Source of the DNA: Gemmatimonadaceae bacterium
GTDB lineage: Bacteria > Gemmatimonadota > Gemmatimonadetes > Gemmatimonadales > Gemmatimonadaceae
Length of the DNA: 64,000 nt
Direction of reading: 5' to 3'
Assembly: GCA_045803545.1 (NCBI GenBank)
Contig: JBJMOW010000005.1
Coordinates: 960,001-1,024,000, forward strand
A program made the position numbers and the translations under genes. The notes beneath the pieces are model-generated. The model was not told where the DNA came from. It was given only the letters and a program-made list of their open reading frames with translations, and searched no databases. Shown piece by piece: positions 19,109 through 28,817 of the stretch; positions within the stretch are counted from its first letter, which is position 1, and each line of letters begins with the position of its first letter.

Positions 19109-20017
19109 ATGCTCGATGAGATCCGGACGTTCGTCGTCCTGGCTGAATCAGGGTCGTTACAACGGGCAGCCGAACGGCTGTTCCTGACGCCGTCGGCGGT
19201 CACGCGGCAGATTCAGCGTCTCGAGGCGTCCTTGAAGATGACTCTACTCGATCGTCGTGTGAAACCAGGACTGATTACGCGTGAGGGCCGCGCGGTGCTC
19301 GATCGCGGGCGGCATATGCTGCGCATCATGGACGATCTCAAGGCGAGCGGGTCGGAAGACGCCGAGCCGAGCGGGGGCTTTCGCGTCGGACTGTCGCATG
19401 CGCTTGCGCAACCGAGCCTCGTCGCGTCGATCCAGCGGTTGACGAGTCGCTTCCCCCGGCTTAGCCCAGTGCTGAGCACTGAGCTCCGCCAGAAGCTCAT
19501 AGAGCAGGTGCGGAGCGGCGAACTCGATGTGGCACTGGCACTCCTCGCGACTGACGACGCAGTGCCCGCCGATGTGGCCAGCAGCGTGTTGGCTACAGAA
19601 CGTCTGGTATTGGTCAGAGCGAGGGGACCGCAACCCCGCGCGCGGCGTAACAGCAAATCGAAAGATCGCGATCTCGACGCGCGCTGGGTCCTCAACCCGC
19701 CCGGGTGCTTTATTCGTCGGTCAGTCGAGACGAAGTTGCGCGAGCTCGGCTCTCCCTTCGAGGTCGCCTCCGAGATCAACAATATCGACATGCAATTGTC
19801 TCTCGTAGCGAGCGGGATGGGCCTCGGCCTTATTCCGGCGAGATTTCTCGCCTCGCATCCGAAGCGTCGGCGGGTGGAGCGAATCACCCGGTCCGGCATC
19901 AGCATTGAGGCTTCGATTGTGTTCATGCAAGCCGGCCATTTGGGCCGGCTCGAAACCGCGGCGACATTTCTCCAGCAAGAGCTACGAGAGCATTTCGCGG
20001 AGCGCGGGGTCCGTTGA
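19109..20017 (+). CDS. LysR-family transcriptional regulator
   Basis: GSLQRAAERLFLTPSAVTRQIQRLE HTH plus substrate-binding domain. Confidence 0.92.
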   Translation: MLDEIRTFVVLAESGSLQRAAERLFLTPSAVTRQIQRLEASLKMTLLDRRVKPGLITREGRAVLDRGRHMLRIMDDLKASGSEDAEPSGGFRVGLSHALAQPSLVASIQRLTSRFPRLSPVLSTELRQKLIEQVRSGELDVALALLATDDAVPADVASSVLATERLVLVRARGPQPRARRNSKSKDRDLDARWVLNPPGCFIRRSVETKLRELGSPFEVASEINNIDMQLSLVASGMGLGLIPARFLASHPKRRRVERITRSGISIEASIVFMQAGHLGRLETAATFLQQELREHFAERGVR

Positions 20018-20103
20018 GTTGGTGCCAATGATGTATGACGATGCGCCGATGCACCGCCGCAAACTTGACCGCTATCGCGCCGGCGGCTCAAATCGCGTCC
20101 TGG

Positions 20104-20631
20104 CTAATCTCGGCTGCGGAGGATCCGGGCGACGAACTGCGCCTTGCCGGCGATGTAAGACTCTCGATCTCGAGGAAAACGAGCTGCCAAAGCGTGCTTC
20201 AGGTCCGCGTACGCTCTCGCTTCGTCGGGGTGCGCGCGCAGATGATTCCGGAACGCGAGGTAGTCGCACCACAAATCGCTGTCTCGAACAACCAGATGAA
20301 CGTGATGCTGACGCGGGACTCCGCGCCGGAAGAAGTGGCGGCCCGGAATGCCCTGCTCGCCGCGGTAGATATAGCCAGTCTCCTGCAATGCGGTGATCGC
20401 GACAGTGAAAAGGCTCGCGTCCTCGACGCCCACCACCATATCCAGAATTGGTTTGGCAGCAAGCCTTGGGACGGAGGTGCTGCCGATATGTTCGATCGTG
20501 GCAGCTACGCCGAAGTTTTTCAACACGGAGTCAATTGCCACCCGTTCCGCCTGAAACAACGCTGGCCAGGTCTGATCATACGGGACGATACGGACTTCGC
20601 CGCTTTCAAGACCCAGCGATTTATCTGTCAC
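20104..20631 (-). CDS. GrpB-family (UPF0157) nucleotidyltransferase-like protein
   Basis: IEHIGSTSVP.LAAKPILD, HHVH, FRNHLR..P; GTG start overlaps the upstream stop (GTGA). Confidence 0.9.
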   Translation of the reverse strand: MTDKSLGLESGEVRIVPYDQTWPALFQAERVAIDSVLKNFGVAATIEHIGSTSVPRLAAKPILDMVVGVEDASLFTVAITALQETGYIYRGEQGIPGRHFFRRGVPRQHHVHLVVRDSDLWCDYLAFRNHLRAHPDEARAYADLKHALAARFPRDRESYIAGKAQFVARILRSRD

Positions 20632-21992
20632 GATCTTCCAGGTCGAATGGCTGAAGTCTTCTTGCGGACTACCGCGGTCATGAACCGCCCCGTTAAAAGG
20701 TTTCTGAGGTAGTCGAATACCTCCAGACGCCGACCCCACCAAATCCGGAGCGCGCGCGGTCGAATGAACCATAGTGTGCGTAGCGTGAGGTACCCTTCGC
20801 CTCCGAGCATCGGGATAACCCAGAACCAGATCTCCCGATTTTCGTAGCCGGGGAGAACGCGCGCGCGGAATCGTGCCCCGATCGAGAGATCCGCCCAGCC
20901 CCAATCGTGATCGACTGCTTCGGCAAGTACCTCGCTTGCCAGGCGGTATTGTATCGACTCGTTCTCCAATTCCGCGGCGGGCCGGCGCTGGACTTGATCG
21001 TTCGCAACGAGATAGCCCCACGGATAATCGCTCAAAATGAAAGCAAAACGGGGCAGCTTGCGTCGAAACAACGTGGGTACGCGTTCGACAAGCTTGCGCG
21101 TGAACGAACGCATTTTGTGGTCGAGATCGTCGAGCGGCACGCCGTCTAGTGCCGTTACGTAACTCTCATCGCGTTGTGCAGCTTCGAAGCGAGCTCGGTG
21201 AGCTTCGTCGCTTGAGACTTCGCCTCGCTCAATCGAGTCGCCCGGATACAGCACCGTAAGCTTCGCCGTGCTCACCTTCACAAGCTCGTCCAGCCCCATC
21301 TTGTGCTGGTTCATGTGCGTGTTGTCGCCGTTACAGAACCGCACGAAGCTCGCGAACGGAATCATATGCCTCGGCTTCAGCGTCTGAGCGAATGAGTCGA
21401 ACCGACGCACGAGGTCCTCGCGAGTGAAGTCTGGTTGCACATTGTCGTAGCAGTACGGATACCCCTGTGCGATCGCGAACTGCGCGGCGCAATAATCGAC
21501 ACGTGGAAACCGCTTTGCCAGATCGATCAACGTCGAGCCTCGCAGCGGGGCGTCGTTGATGTTCACGAGCGTTTCGTCTCCGTGGCCGACCACCACCAAC
21601 AGGGAGTCGTCCATCCGGAATTGCTGGCTGAAAAAGCTTACTCGAGGAAACGCACGGAACTCGACGCCCGGTGTCATCTCGATCACTGCTCGAAATCCCA
21701 GCTCGCGCAGATCTCGAGCGATCGTATCGTGAAAGAACTCCGCGACGAAGACCGGGATGTCTCCGCCACGTTCTTCTCTTATCTGCTCGAGGGTGGGCCT
21801 GTGATAATGATCCGGGTGTGCGTGCGAGACAAAGATTGCGTCGAGGGAGCGAAAATCGGGTAACGCGGGCGGTGGGGGGCAAAGCTCCCACGCATTGTGA
21901 TAGATGCGTCCCGAGTACCACGGGTCGGTCAACAGCCGCATCCCGTTCGTCTCGATAAGCAGAGACGCGTGGCTAACGAGAGTGATCTTCAC
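20628..21992 (-). CDS. metallo-beta-lactamase-fold protein (UlaG/CMP-Neu5Ac hydroxylase-like)
   Basis: HASLLI, TDPW, SHAHPDH, NIND, IPFASF. Confidence 0.8.
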   Translation of the reverse strand: MKITLVSHASLLIETNGMRLLTDPWYSGRIYHNAWELCPPPPALPDFRSLDAIFVSHAHPDHYHRPTLEQIREERGGDIPVFVAEFFHDTIARDLRELGFRAVIEMTPGVEFRAFPRVSFFSQQFRMDDSLLVVVGHGDETLVNINDAPLRGSTLIDLAKRFPRVDYCAAQFAIAQGYPYCYDNVQPDFTREDLVRRFDSFAQTLKPRHMIPFASFVRFCNGDNTHMNQHKMGLDELVKVSTAKLTVLYPGDSIERGEVSSDEAHRARFEAAQRDESYVTALDGVPLDDLDHKMRSFTRKLVERVPTLFRRKLPRFAFILSDYPWGYLVANDQVQRRPAAELENESIQYRLASEVLAEAVDHDWGWADLSIGARFRARVLPGYENREIWFWVIPMLGGEGYLTLRTLWFIRPRALRIWWGRRLEVFDYLRNLLTGRFMTAVVRKKTSAIRPGRS

Positions 21993-22687
21993 CTGGCCGT
22001 CACGTTGACCGGGAACCTGGTGTCGTCGACCCCTTTGAAGAGGAGCCAGAGTGCCAGCGAGCTCTCGCCAACGAACGCCGGTAGCAGTATCACCGGAACG
22101 AGACGGCGGGCAAAAGCCGGCGCGACGATCAGCGCGAAGCTGTTAACGAGATAGCAGGTTCCCGCCGCAAACATTAACCCACCGATGATCTTCGGCAGAT
22201 ATCCCGAGCGGTAAATCAGATATCCGAGGATGAGGCACTCGAAGCCGAAGAAAATGAGCGCCGCGCCAAAGCCGTAGTCGTACTCGACCATCGCCAGGTA
22301 CGTCACCGCAGATCGCTGATCCGGGGTGAACGCGCCGAGGTAGGGCGCGTGACCCAGCGGCAGGATGACCGCCACCAGGATCAGGTCGGCGACTGCTTCT
22401 ACGGTGAGAGAAACGAGGTTGAAAAAAATCGCGATGCCGGCGAGCAGCGAATTGACGGGGCTGAGCAGCCGGTACAGAATCATCGCCAGAACTATCGAGC
22501 ACCCAAGGACGAGAAAATCCGAGGCGATACCAATTCGCCACAGACTCTCCATCGACCGCAAGTTCTCCGCGGTAAGCGCGGGATTGCCTGATACGACGAG
22601 TCGCTCGCGGATCAGCGACGCTTCGCAGACACCGAGCGCGATGATCGTTGCGTAAAGAGCACCGCCAATTCGCGACAGCCGACGCAT
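21989..22687 (-). CDS. DUF4386-like membrane protein
   Basis: TAENLR, LYRLL.PVN, IFFG, GYLIYRSGYLP, GE..LALWLL.KG. Confidence 0.85.
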   Translation of the reverse strand: MRRLSRIGGALYATIIALGVCEASLIRERLVVSGNPALTAENLRSMESLWRIGIASDFLVLGCSIVLAMILYRLLSPVNSLLAGIAIFFNLVSLTVEAVADLILVAVILPLGHAPYLGAFTPDQRSAVTYLAMVEYDYGFGAALIFFGFECLILGYLIYRSGYLPKIIGGLMFAAGTCYLVNSFALIVAPAFARRLVPVILLPAFVGESSLALWLLFKGVDDTRFPVNVTAR

Positions 22688-22761
22688 AGGTACCGTGCCT
22701 CTCCGAAAAAAGAGGATGGTAAACCGCGCGCGGGAGATGTCTTGAACGATGTTGCGCTGAC

Positions 22762-23679
22762 GTGCTCGCTCGCGCGCCGGCGTCGCGTGCAATAACGTTC
22801 AAGACAAACAAAGCGTGGCAGCGTAGAAGTTCTGCTCGCTCATATCGCCCGGAGGGCACAGTTCACACTGCTCGCGTCCGCGGAGCACCGCTTCCCGGCG
22901 TGTATACCACCTACACGCGAAGCGACTACCGCTTTGGTAAGCATTGGCATGACGTGTACGGCTTCGGATTACTCGAGGACGGCGCGCAGAGCTGGCTGAG
23001 CGGCCGAGGACAAGTGCGCGCTTACGCCGGGAGCGTGATCTCCACGAACCCGGGCGAGGTGCACGATGGCGAACCCCTCGGCGCGTCGACTCGGCAGTGG
23101 CGGATCATCTCCGTCAGCATCGATGCCATGGCAGGCTTTACCGACACTTTGCCGGGGGCGCTTTCGATTTCGCGGCCAGTCATCGAAGATCCGCTATTCG
23201 CTTCGGTGCTGAAGCGCGTCTTCGCAACGCTCGACAGGCTTTCGAATCACGGGCAGAAGGATGTAACCGGACGGCTCGCGTACGAAGAAGCGCTGATTGG
23301 CGCGTGCACGCTGCTCATGAAGCGGCATGGAACGCCGCGGCTGCAGACTCGGCCGGCCGCGGCAGCCGTCCATCGCGCACGCGAGCGGCTACTCGAGGAT
23401 CCGGCCAATCCTCCGACGCTCTCGGAGCTGGCAGCTTTGACAGGCCTCAGCAGGTATCAGCTTCTTCGGCGATTCACGAAAGTGTTCGGGTTGCCGCCGC
23501 ACGCCTGTCTCATTCAACATCGCATCGAGCAGGCGCGGACGCTCATTCGCGCCGGGCGTTCATTGGCGGCGGCCGCGACCAGTGTCGGTTTTGCAGATCA
23601 GAGCCATATGACCCGCTTCTTCACGCGACACTACGGCTACACACCGGGTGAGTGGAAGAGAGCGGTAGCGCCGCAATAG
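22762..23679 (+). CDS. AraC-family transcriptional regulator (start uncertain)
   Basis: Cupin H.HD...NPGEVHDG plus C-terminal GFADQSHMTR.F..YG.TP. Confidence 0.9.
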   Translation: MLARAPASRAITFKTNKAWQRRSSARSYRPEGTVHTARVRGAPLPGVYTTYTRSDYRFGKHWHDVYGFGLLEDGAQSWLSGRGQVRAYAGSVISTNPGEVHDGEPLGASTRQWRIISVSIDAMAGFTDTLPGALSISRPVIEDPLFASVLKRVFATLDRLSNHGQKDVTGRLAYEEALIGACTLLMKRHGTPRLQTRPAAAAVHRARERLLEDPANPPTLSELAALTGLSRYQLLRRFTKVFGLPPHACLIQHRIEQARTLIRAGRSLAAAATSVGFADQSHMTRFFTRHYGYTPGEWKRAVAPQ

Positions 23680-23719
23680 CATTCAAGATTCGCACTGGAG
23701 TTCCGCGTTACAGTCATGT

Positions 23720-24541
23720 GTGACTCACGCCGGCGTTCAATACATCCACGGTTATCACGAGCGCGAGAGCGACCGGCTGCGAGCGCAGGCATGGTCGGTC
23801 GAGGATCATCTGCATCTCGACACACGTTACGCATCCGGTTCCCTCGTACTCGAGGCAGGCTGCGGAACCGGGGCCCAGACGGTGACTCTTGCGCGCAATA
23901 ATCCGCGCACGCGAATCGTGGCGGTCGATCGCTCGCGCGTCTCGCTCGACGAGGCTCGCGCACGAGTCGAAGGTGCGAAGCTGTCGAACGTCGAGTTTCA
24001 TCAGGCCGATCTGTTCGATCTTCCATTCGCGTACCGCTCGTTCGACCATGTCTTCCTCTGCTTTGTCCTGGAGCACCTTCCGAATCCGCGCCACGCACTG
24101 GCGAGGCTGCGCAAGCTGCTGAAGTCAGGTGGCACCCTGACGACCTTCGAAGGTGATCATGGCTCGGTGTTGTTTCATCCGGAGAGTGACTCGGCAAGGC
24201 GCGCAGTGGCATGCCAGGTGGAGCTGCAACGGCGGTCCGGCGGAGACGCAAACATCGGCCGACGTCTGTATCCGCTGCTTCGCGCCGCGGGTTACATCGA
24301 CGTCAGGGTCACCCCGTGCCCTGTCTACGTCGACGGAAGTCGTCCAAAGCTGATCGACGCGTTTACGCGACAGACTTTCACGGGAATGGTCGCGGATGTT
24401 CGTGAGCGCGCGATTGCGGCTGCGATGATCGACAGCGACGACTTCGACCGCGGCGTGCGTGACCTCGATCGAGTCGCGTCCGACGGCGTGTTTTGCTACA
24501 CGTTCTTCAAGGGCAAAGCAGTCTGCCCACGCGGTAGATGA
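23720..24541 (+). CDS. class I SAM-dependent methyltransferase
   Basis: VLEAGCGTG, FDHVFLCFVLEH. Confidence 0.9.
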   Translation: MTHAGVQYIHGYHERESDRLRAQAWSVEDHLHLDTRYASGSLVLEAGCGTGAQTVTLARNNPRTRIVAVDRSRVSLDEARARVEGAKLSNVEFHQADLFDLPFAYRSFDHVFLCFVLEHLPNPRHALARLRKLLKSGGTLTTFEGDHGSVLFHPESDSARRAVACQVELQRRSGGDANIGRRLYPLLRAAGYIDVRVTPCPVYVDGSRPKLIDAFTRQTFTGMVADVRERAIAAAMIDSDDFDRGVRDLDRVASDGVFCYTFFKGKAVCPRGR

Positions 24542-24573
24542 TGTTCCGCAGGAAGATCTTCACACACCGGGAG

Positions 24574-25191
24574 TCATTCTGGCGGCGGCGTGCGGGGCGC
24601 CTCCGGATACTGCTTGAGCAAGGCCGCCAGTGGCGGGACTCCGTACACCGCTCGCTCCGCGTCGGTTGTCTTGCGATCGATCGGAGCCAGCTCCTCCTGG
24701 CCGGTCTTCTGATTGATGAAGCGGTTGGTTCCATATTTCTGGTAACCCGCCGTCATGCTGAGATAGCGATCGATGCTTTGCGCGACGAGCACCCGCGAGC
24801 GCTGATCGCCGCGCTCAAACGCTGCTTTGGCGAGAAGGTGCGCGAGGAGATAGTCGTGCGGACTCACGGCGACCAGTCTCTCGTTGCGAAAAGTCATCGG
24901 CGAGTGCTGGAGCACCAGCGCCGCGTTGAACTGATCCTCGCGCGTTTGCACGCGTGCGTTGGCGATCTCATTCAGCACCAGCTGGATGCGGTCTTCGTCG
25001 GAGCGGGCAACCGAATCGCCGGTTCGTGACGCCACATCCTCCTTCATCAGCACTTCGAGAAGTGGGTTGGCCTCTGTAACTCCGGAGTGACCGGTTGCAC
25101 AGCCCGCGTTCCACAGTGCTATAGCTGCGGTTGCGGCGATAAGGAGTATTGGTCGTCGAGTCATCGGTGTCGGCTGATTTCGAGTGGGCAT
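24574..25191 (-). CDS. hypothetical lipoprotein
   Basis: GGAGG RBS, lipobox NAGC, AALVLQH...DRYL...QKYGT pattern. Confidence 0.7.
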   Translation of the reverse strand: MPTRNQPTPMTRRPILLIAATAAIALWNAGCATGHSGVTEANPLLEVLMKEDVASRTGDSVARSDEDRIQLVLNEIANARVQTREDQFNAALVLQHSPMTFRNERLVAVSPHDYLLAHLLAKAAFERGDQRSRVLVAQSIDRYLSMTAGYQKYGTNRFINQKTGQEELAPIDRKTTDAERAVYGVPPLAALLKQYPEAPRTPPPE

Positions 25192-25328
25192 TCCCCCTCC
25201 AAACAACATCAAGGACGCATCGGTGTCTTGAACGATCTGAGCACGGCATAACTGATTCTTTAGTTTTTCTTGAAACCCGTGCTGGCCAGTCGGCGTACGG
25301 GAAACGACCACCCTATGGAGCCAGAAGG

Positions 25329-26075
25329 ATGACCGCTGTTACTTCGATAGACCAGCCGCCGGAGATGAGCGCACGAACCAAGGGAAGGTTCGCCGCGGTG
25401 GTGTATCTCCTTTACATCATCGCCGGAGTAATCGCGCAGGGTTTCATCAGCGATCGGCTGGTCGTTCTGCGCGACGCCGCGACGACCTCCGCCAACATTC
25501 TCGCCAACCAATCCACATACTCGCTTGGCCTCACCGTCTATCTGATCGAAATGGCGGGGCAGATCATCACGGCGGTGTTGTTTTATCAATTGCTGAAACC
25601 CGTGAGCCGAACCGGCGCAATGCTCGCCGCCGCGTTCGAGCTGACTGGATGCGGGATCAAAATCTTCAGCCGCCTCTTTTACTTCGTACCGTTATTGGTC
25701 CTGGGTCGCGCGGCTCCCTCGCTGAGCGCGTTCAACAAGGAGCAGCTCGACGCAATCGCTCTGCTGCTGCTCAAGATCAACGATAACGGCGCAGCAATCG
25801 CGCTCGCATTCTTTGGATTCTCCACGCTGTTGCAGGGCTGGCTGATTTACAGATCCGGGTTTCTGCCGCGCTGGCTTGGCGTCATCGGAATGATCGGCGG
25901 CCTGGGTTGGCTGACCTTCCTTTCTCCGCCGCTGGGAATGAGCGTGTTCATCTACGTGGCGGTGTACGCGTTGCTTGGAGTGCTGATAACAATCGTTTGG
26001 CTCCTGACCGTTGGTGTCGACGAGCAGCGGTGGAGACAGCGCGCCGCCCAGGAGGCGATATCGATCTGGAAATAG
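25329..26075 (+). CDS. DUF4386-like membrane protein
   Basis: TSANIL, FYQLLKPV, FFG, GWLIYRSGFLP. Confidence 0.85.
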   Translation: MTAVTSIDQPPEMSARTKGRFAAVVYLLYIIAGVIAQGFISDRLVVLRDAATTSANILANQSTYSLGLTVYLIEMAGQIITAVLFYQLLKPVSRTGAMLAAAFELTGCGIKIFSRLFYFVPLLVLGRAAPSLSAFNKEQLDAIALLLLKINDNGAAIALAFFGFSTLLQGWLIYRSGFLPRWLGVIGMIGGLGWLTFLSPPLGMSVFIYVAVYALLGVLITIVWLLTVGVDEQRWRQRAAQEAISIWK

Positions 26076-26593
26076 CTTACCTCGATCGCGATATCGAGCG
26101 ACACGCAGCCGACGTGGCTGCACTCGTCGCAGAATATGCGGAGGAGGCGATGGCACTCGAAGATTTCCTGGGTGAGGCCCACGCCTTTCGTGAGATCGAG
26201 ATGGAACGCCTGGGCGTGTTCGCGAGCTACCATCCGCCCGCCGGCCGTTTTCTCGTTGCCTATATCGACAATGTTCCTGCCGGCTGTGCAGCGGTGGTGC
26301 GGCGCGACGTCGCCATCGCGGAGCTTCGCCGGGTTTTCGTCCGGCCTCGGTATCGCGGCGGCGGATTCGGTGCCGCACTTGTCACCGGAGCCATTGGCGT
26401 TGCCCGCGACCTCGGCTATCGAACTCTTTATCTCGAGAGTCATCGGTCCATGCACGCCGCACACCGGCGATACGCCGAGGCCGGCTTCGTTCGCGTCCCG
26501 CCGCTGTCGAACTACCCCGATTACTTGCGTGCCGTCGCTGTCTGTATGGCGTTTCAGCTCGACGTTGAAACTACGGCTGGCCAAGTGACGTAA
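26066..26593 (+). CDS. GNAT-family acetyltransferase (start uncertain)
   Basis: ELRRVFVRPRYRGGGFG acetyl-CoA motif, Y..AGF. Confidence 0.85.
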   Translation: MEIAYLDRDIERHAADVAALVAEYAEEAMALEDFLGEAHAFREIEMERLGVFASYHPPAGRFLVAYIDNVPAGCAAVVRRDVAIAELRRVFVRPRYRGGGFGAALVTGAIGVARDLGYRTLYLESHRSMHAAHRRYAEAGFVRVPPLSNYPDYLRAVAVCMAFQLDVETTAGQVT

Positions 26594-26648
26594 GAGGTGA
26601 TATGCTGAAGTAGACCACCATGTCACCACCGTTGCACCGGGAGTACCC

Positions 26649-27575
26649 GTGAGCACAAAGGCTTTACTTCTTCTCGACCCGGCGACGCTGATTCCGAAGT
26701 CGTTGCTGATTTGCTGCTTGGCGATCGTTTCGGTGGTCGGCGCTCCGCCGCTCGGTGCGCAGACAGCTGCGGAAGCGTTCGGCGCGGGACGGGCAGCGGT
26801 CCTCGCCGGCGACTACGACAACGCCATTCCCCAGCTCGAGCGCGCCGTCGAACTCAATGAGTCGAATGCCGATTACCACTACTGGCTCGGCCGCGCAGTG
26901 TACGAGGCTGCTCCGCGAGCAAGCAAGCTGCGGATGCCAGGCATGGCGCGCCGCGTCAGAAACGAATGGGAACGGGCGGTGACGCTCGACGGAAATCAGG
27001 TCGATGCACGTGCCGGCCTCGCTGAGTGGTACGCGATGGCGCCGGGATTCATGGGCGGTGACAAGGCCAAAGCGAGAGAGCAGGCGTCGGAGATAGCCAA
27101 ACGAAACCCAATGCGAGGCGCGATGGCGCGCGGCGTCATCGCAAGTCACGAGGACAACTGGCCGGCGGAAGTGGAGGCCTACCAGCAGGCGATTGTCTTC
27201 GCGCCGGATACCGCAGCCGCCTACGTCGCACTCGCCGATGAGTATGCGCGCACGAATCGCATCGATAGTGCGTTCGTCACGATCGCGCGATATGCCTCGC
27301 GAAGGCCAACCGACCCGTGGCGGCTCTACTATTTCGGTCGATTCGCCGGGTCTACGGGCCAGCGACTCGAGGAAGGCGAGCAGGCGCTGCGACAGTTCCT
27401 CGGCGCGCCTCCGCCCGCTCTGACCGCTGCCGGTTTGTCACGCGCGCGCTACTGGCTGGGCAAGATCGCCGAGCGGCGCGGCAATCGGCAGCTGGCGGGC
27501 GAGCAATATCAGAGCGCGCTACAGGCAAATCCGGCCAACTATACAGCGAAACAGGCTTTGGAGGCTCTGAAATGA
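26649..27575 (+). CDS. secreted TPR-repeat protein
   Basis: Signal peptide; repeated YWLG and A..L.P TPR patterns. Confidence 0.8.
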   Translation: MSTKALLLLDPATLIPKSLLICCLAIVSVVGAPPLGAQTAAEAFGAGRAAVLAGDYDNAIPQLERAVELNESNADYHYWLGRAVYEAAPRASKLRMPGMARRVRNEWERAVTLDGNQVDARAGLAEWYAMAPGFMGGDKAKAREQASEIAKRNPMRGAMARGVIASHEDNWPAEVEAYQQAIVFAPDTAAAYVALADEYARTNRIDSAFVTIARYASRRPTDPWRLYYFGRFAGSTGQRLEEGEQALRQFLGAPPPALTAAGLSRARYWLGKIAERRGNRQLAGEQYQSALQANPANYTAKQALEALK

Positions 27576-27952
27576 ATCCCAACTGGAGCGACGACCACCC
27601 GATCTACCGCCAGCTGCGCGACCGTATAGTCGCGATGATCCTTGAGGGCGCGATCGCCGAGGGCGAAGCAATTCCCTCGGCGCGCACGGTGTCCGCGGAA
27701 TATCGCATCAATCACCTCACGGTCCTGAAGGCGTTTCAGGAGTTATCGGATGAGGGGATAGTGGAAAACCGGCGGGGTGTCGGCTTGTTCGTAAACCCGG
27801 GAGCGCGAGAGCGTCTGTTGCGCAGCGAGCGGCGCCGGTTCCTTGACGATGAATGGCCGCGCATCCGCTCCGTGATTCAGCGGTTGGGGCTGAACCCCGA
27901 AGCGCTGCTTGGATCGAAGACCGCTGCACGCGGAAAAGCGCGAGCCCGATAA
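27572..27952 (+). CDS. GntR (YtrA subfamily) regulator
   Basis: PIYRQL, PSARTV, TVLKAF.EL, RRGVG.FV; heads an ABC operon. Confidence 0.92.
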   Translation: MNPNWSDDHPIYRQLRDRIVAMILEGAIAEGEAIPSARTVSAEYRINHLTVLKAFQELSDEGIVENRRGVGLFVNPGARERLLRSERRRFLDDEWPRIRSVIQRLGLNPEALLGSKTAARGKARAR

Positions 27953-27956
27953 CTCT

Positions 27957-28817
27957 ATGACGTGCGTGATTGCTCGCGGTGTTCGCGCGAAGCGAGGTGG
28001 CCGGCCAGTGCTGAATGGGATTGACCTCGAGATAGATCAGGGGCGTGTGGTCGGCGTTATGGGTCTGAACGGCGCCGGGAAATCGACGCTGCTTCAGGCT
28101 CTCGTCGGGCTCGTTCCGGCGGACGGTGAGCTGAGTGTATTGGGTCGTAATCCGTGGCGCGAGCGTGCGGCGCTCATGCGCGAAGTGAGCTTCGTCGCCG
28201 ACGTAGCGATCATACCGCGGTGGTTACGCGTATCGAACGCGCTCGACTATTTCGACGGAGTGCATCCGACGTTCAATCGCGCAAGATCGTATGCACTCCT
28301 CGAGCGCAGCGGCATCGGCCTTCGCGATCGCGTCGGCAGTCTCTCAAAGGGTATGATCGCCCAGCTCCAGCTCGCTCTCGCCATCGGCGGCGACGCTCGC
28401 CTCTTGGTGCTTGACGAGCCAACCCTCGGCCTGGACGCGCTGTACCGCAAACGATTCTTCGACATGCTGCTCGACGGACTCGCGGAAGGAAGACAAACCG
28501 TGATCATTGCCACTCATGAAATAGACGAGATCCAGCACGTGCTCACTGATATCGTGTTCCTGGCCGGCGGTCGCGTGGTGTTCCAGTGCACTTCGGACGA
28601 CCTGGAGGAGCGCTTCGTCGAAATCCACGTCCACCCGGAGCACATCGAGATTGCACGCGCCATGGGACCGATGCACGAACGACCGACCATCGGAGGGAAC
28701 GTTCTCATGTTCGATCGGGGCCAGCGCGATCGGCTCAGTCTCCTTGGTGACTTGCGGCGGCCGAGCGTAGCTGCGCTCTTCGCGGCGCTCGTCAGCAACG
28801 GCGCGAGTGACTCATGA
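27957..28817 (+). CDS. ABC transporter ATP-binding protein
   Basis: GLNGAGKS, LSKG, LDEPT, H-loop. Confidence 0.93.
   Translation: MTCVIARGVRAKRGGRPVLNGIDLEIDQGRVVGVMGLNGAGKSTLLQALVGLVPADGELSVLGRNPWRERAALMREVSFVADVAIIPRWLRVSNALDYFDGVHPTFNRARSYALLERSGIGLRDRVGSLSKGMIAQLQLALAIGGDARLLVLDEPTLGLDALYRKRFFDMLLDGLAEGRQTVIIATHEIDEIQHVLTDIVFLAGGRVVFQCTSDDLEERFVEIHVHPEHIEIARAMGPMHERPTIGGNVLMFDRGQRDRLSLLGDLRRPSVAALFAALVSNGASDS

Noticed and set aside
19213..20712. Long antisense ORFs (e.g. 19213-20091, 20035-20712; also 1937-2719, 8814-9551)
   Set aside because: Shadow frames of well-supported genes in high-GC DNA, with no motifs.
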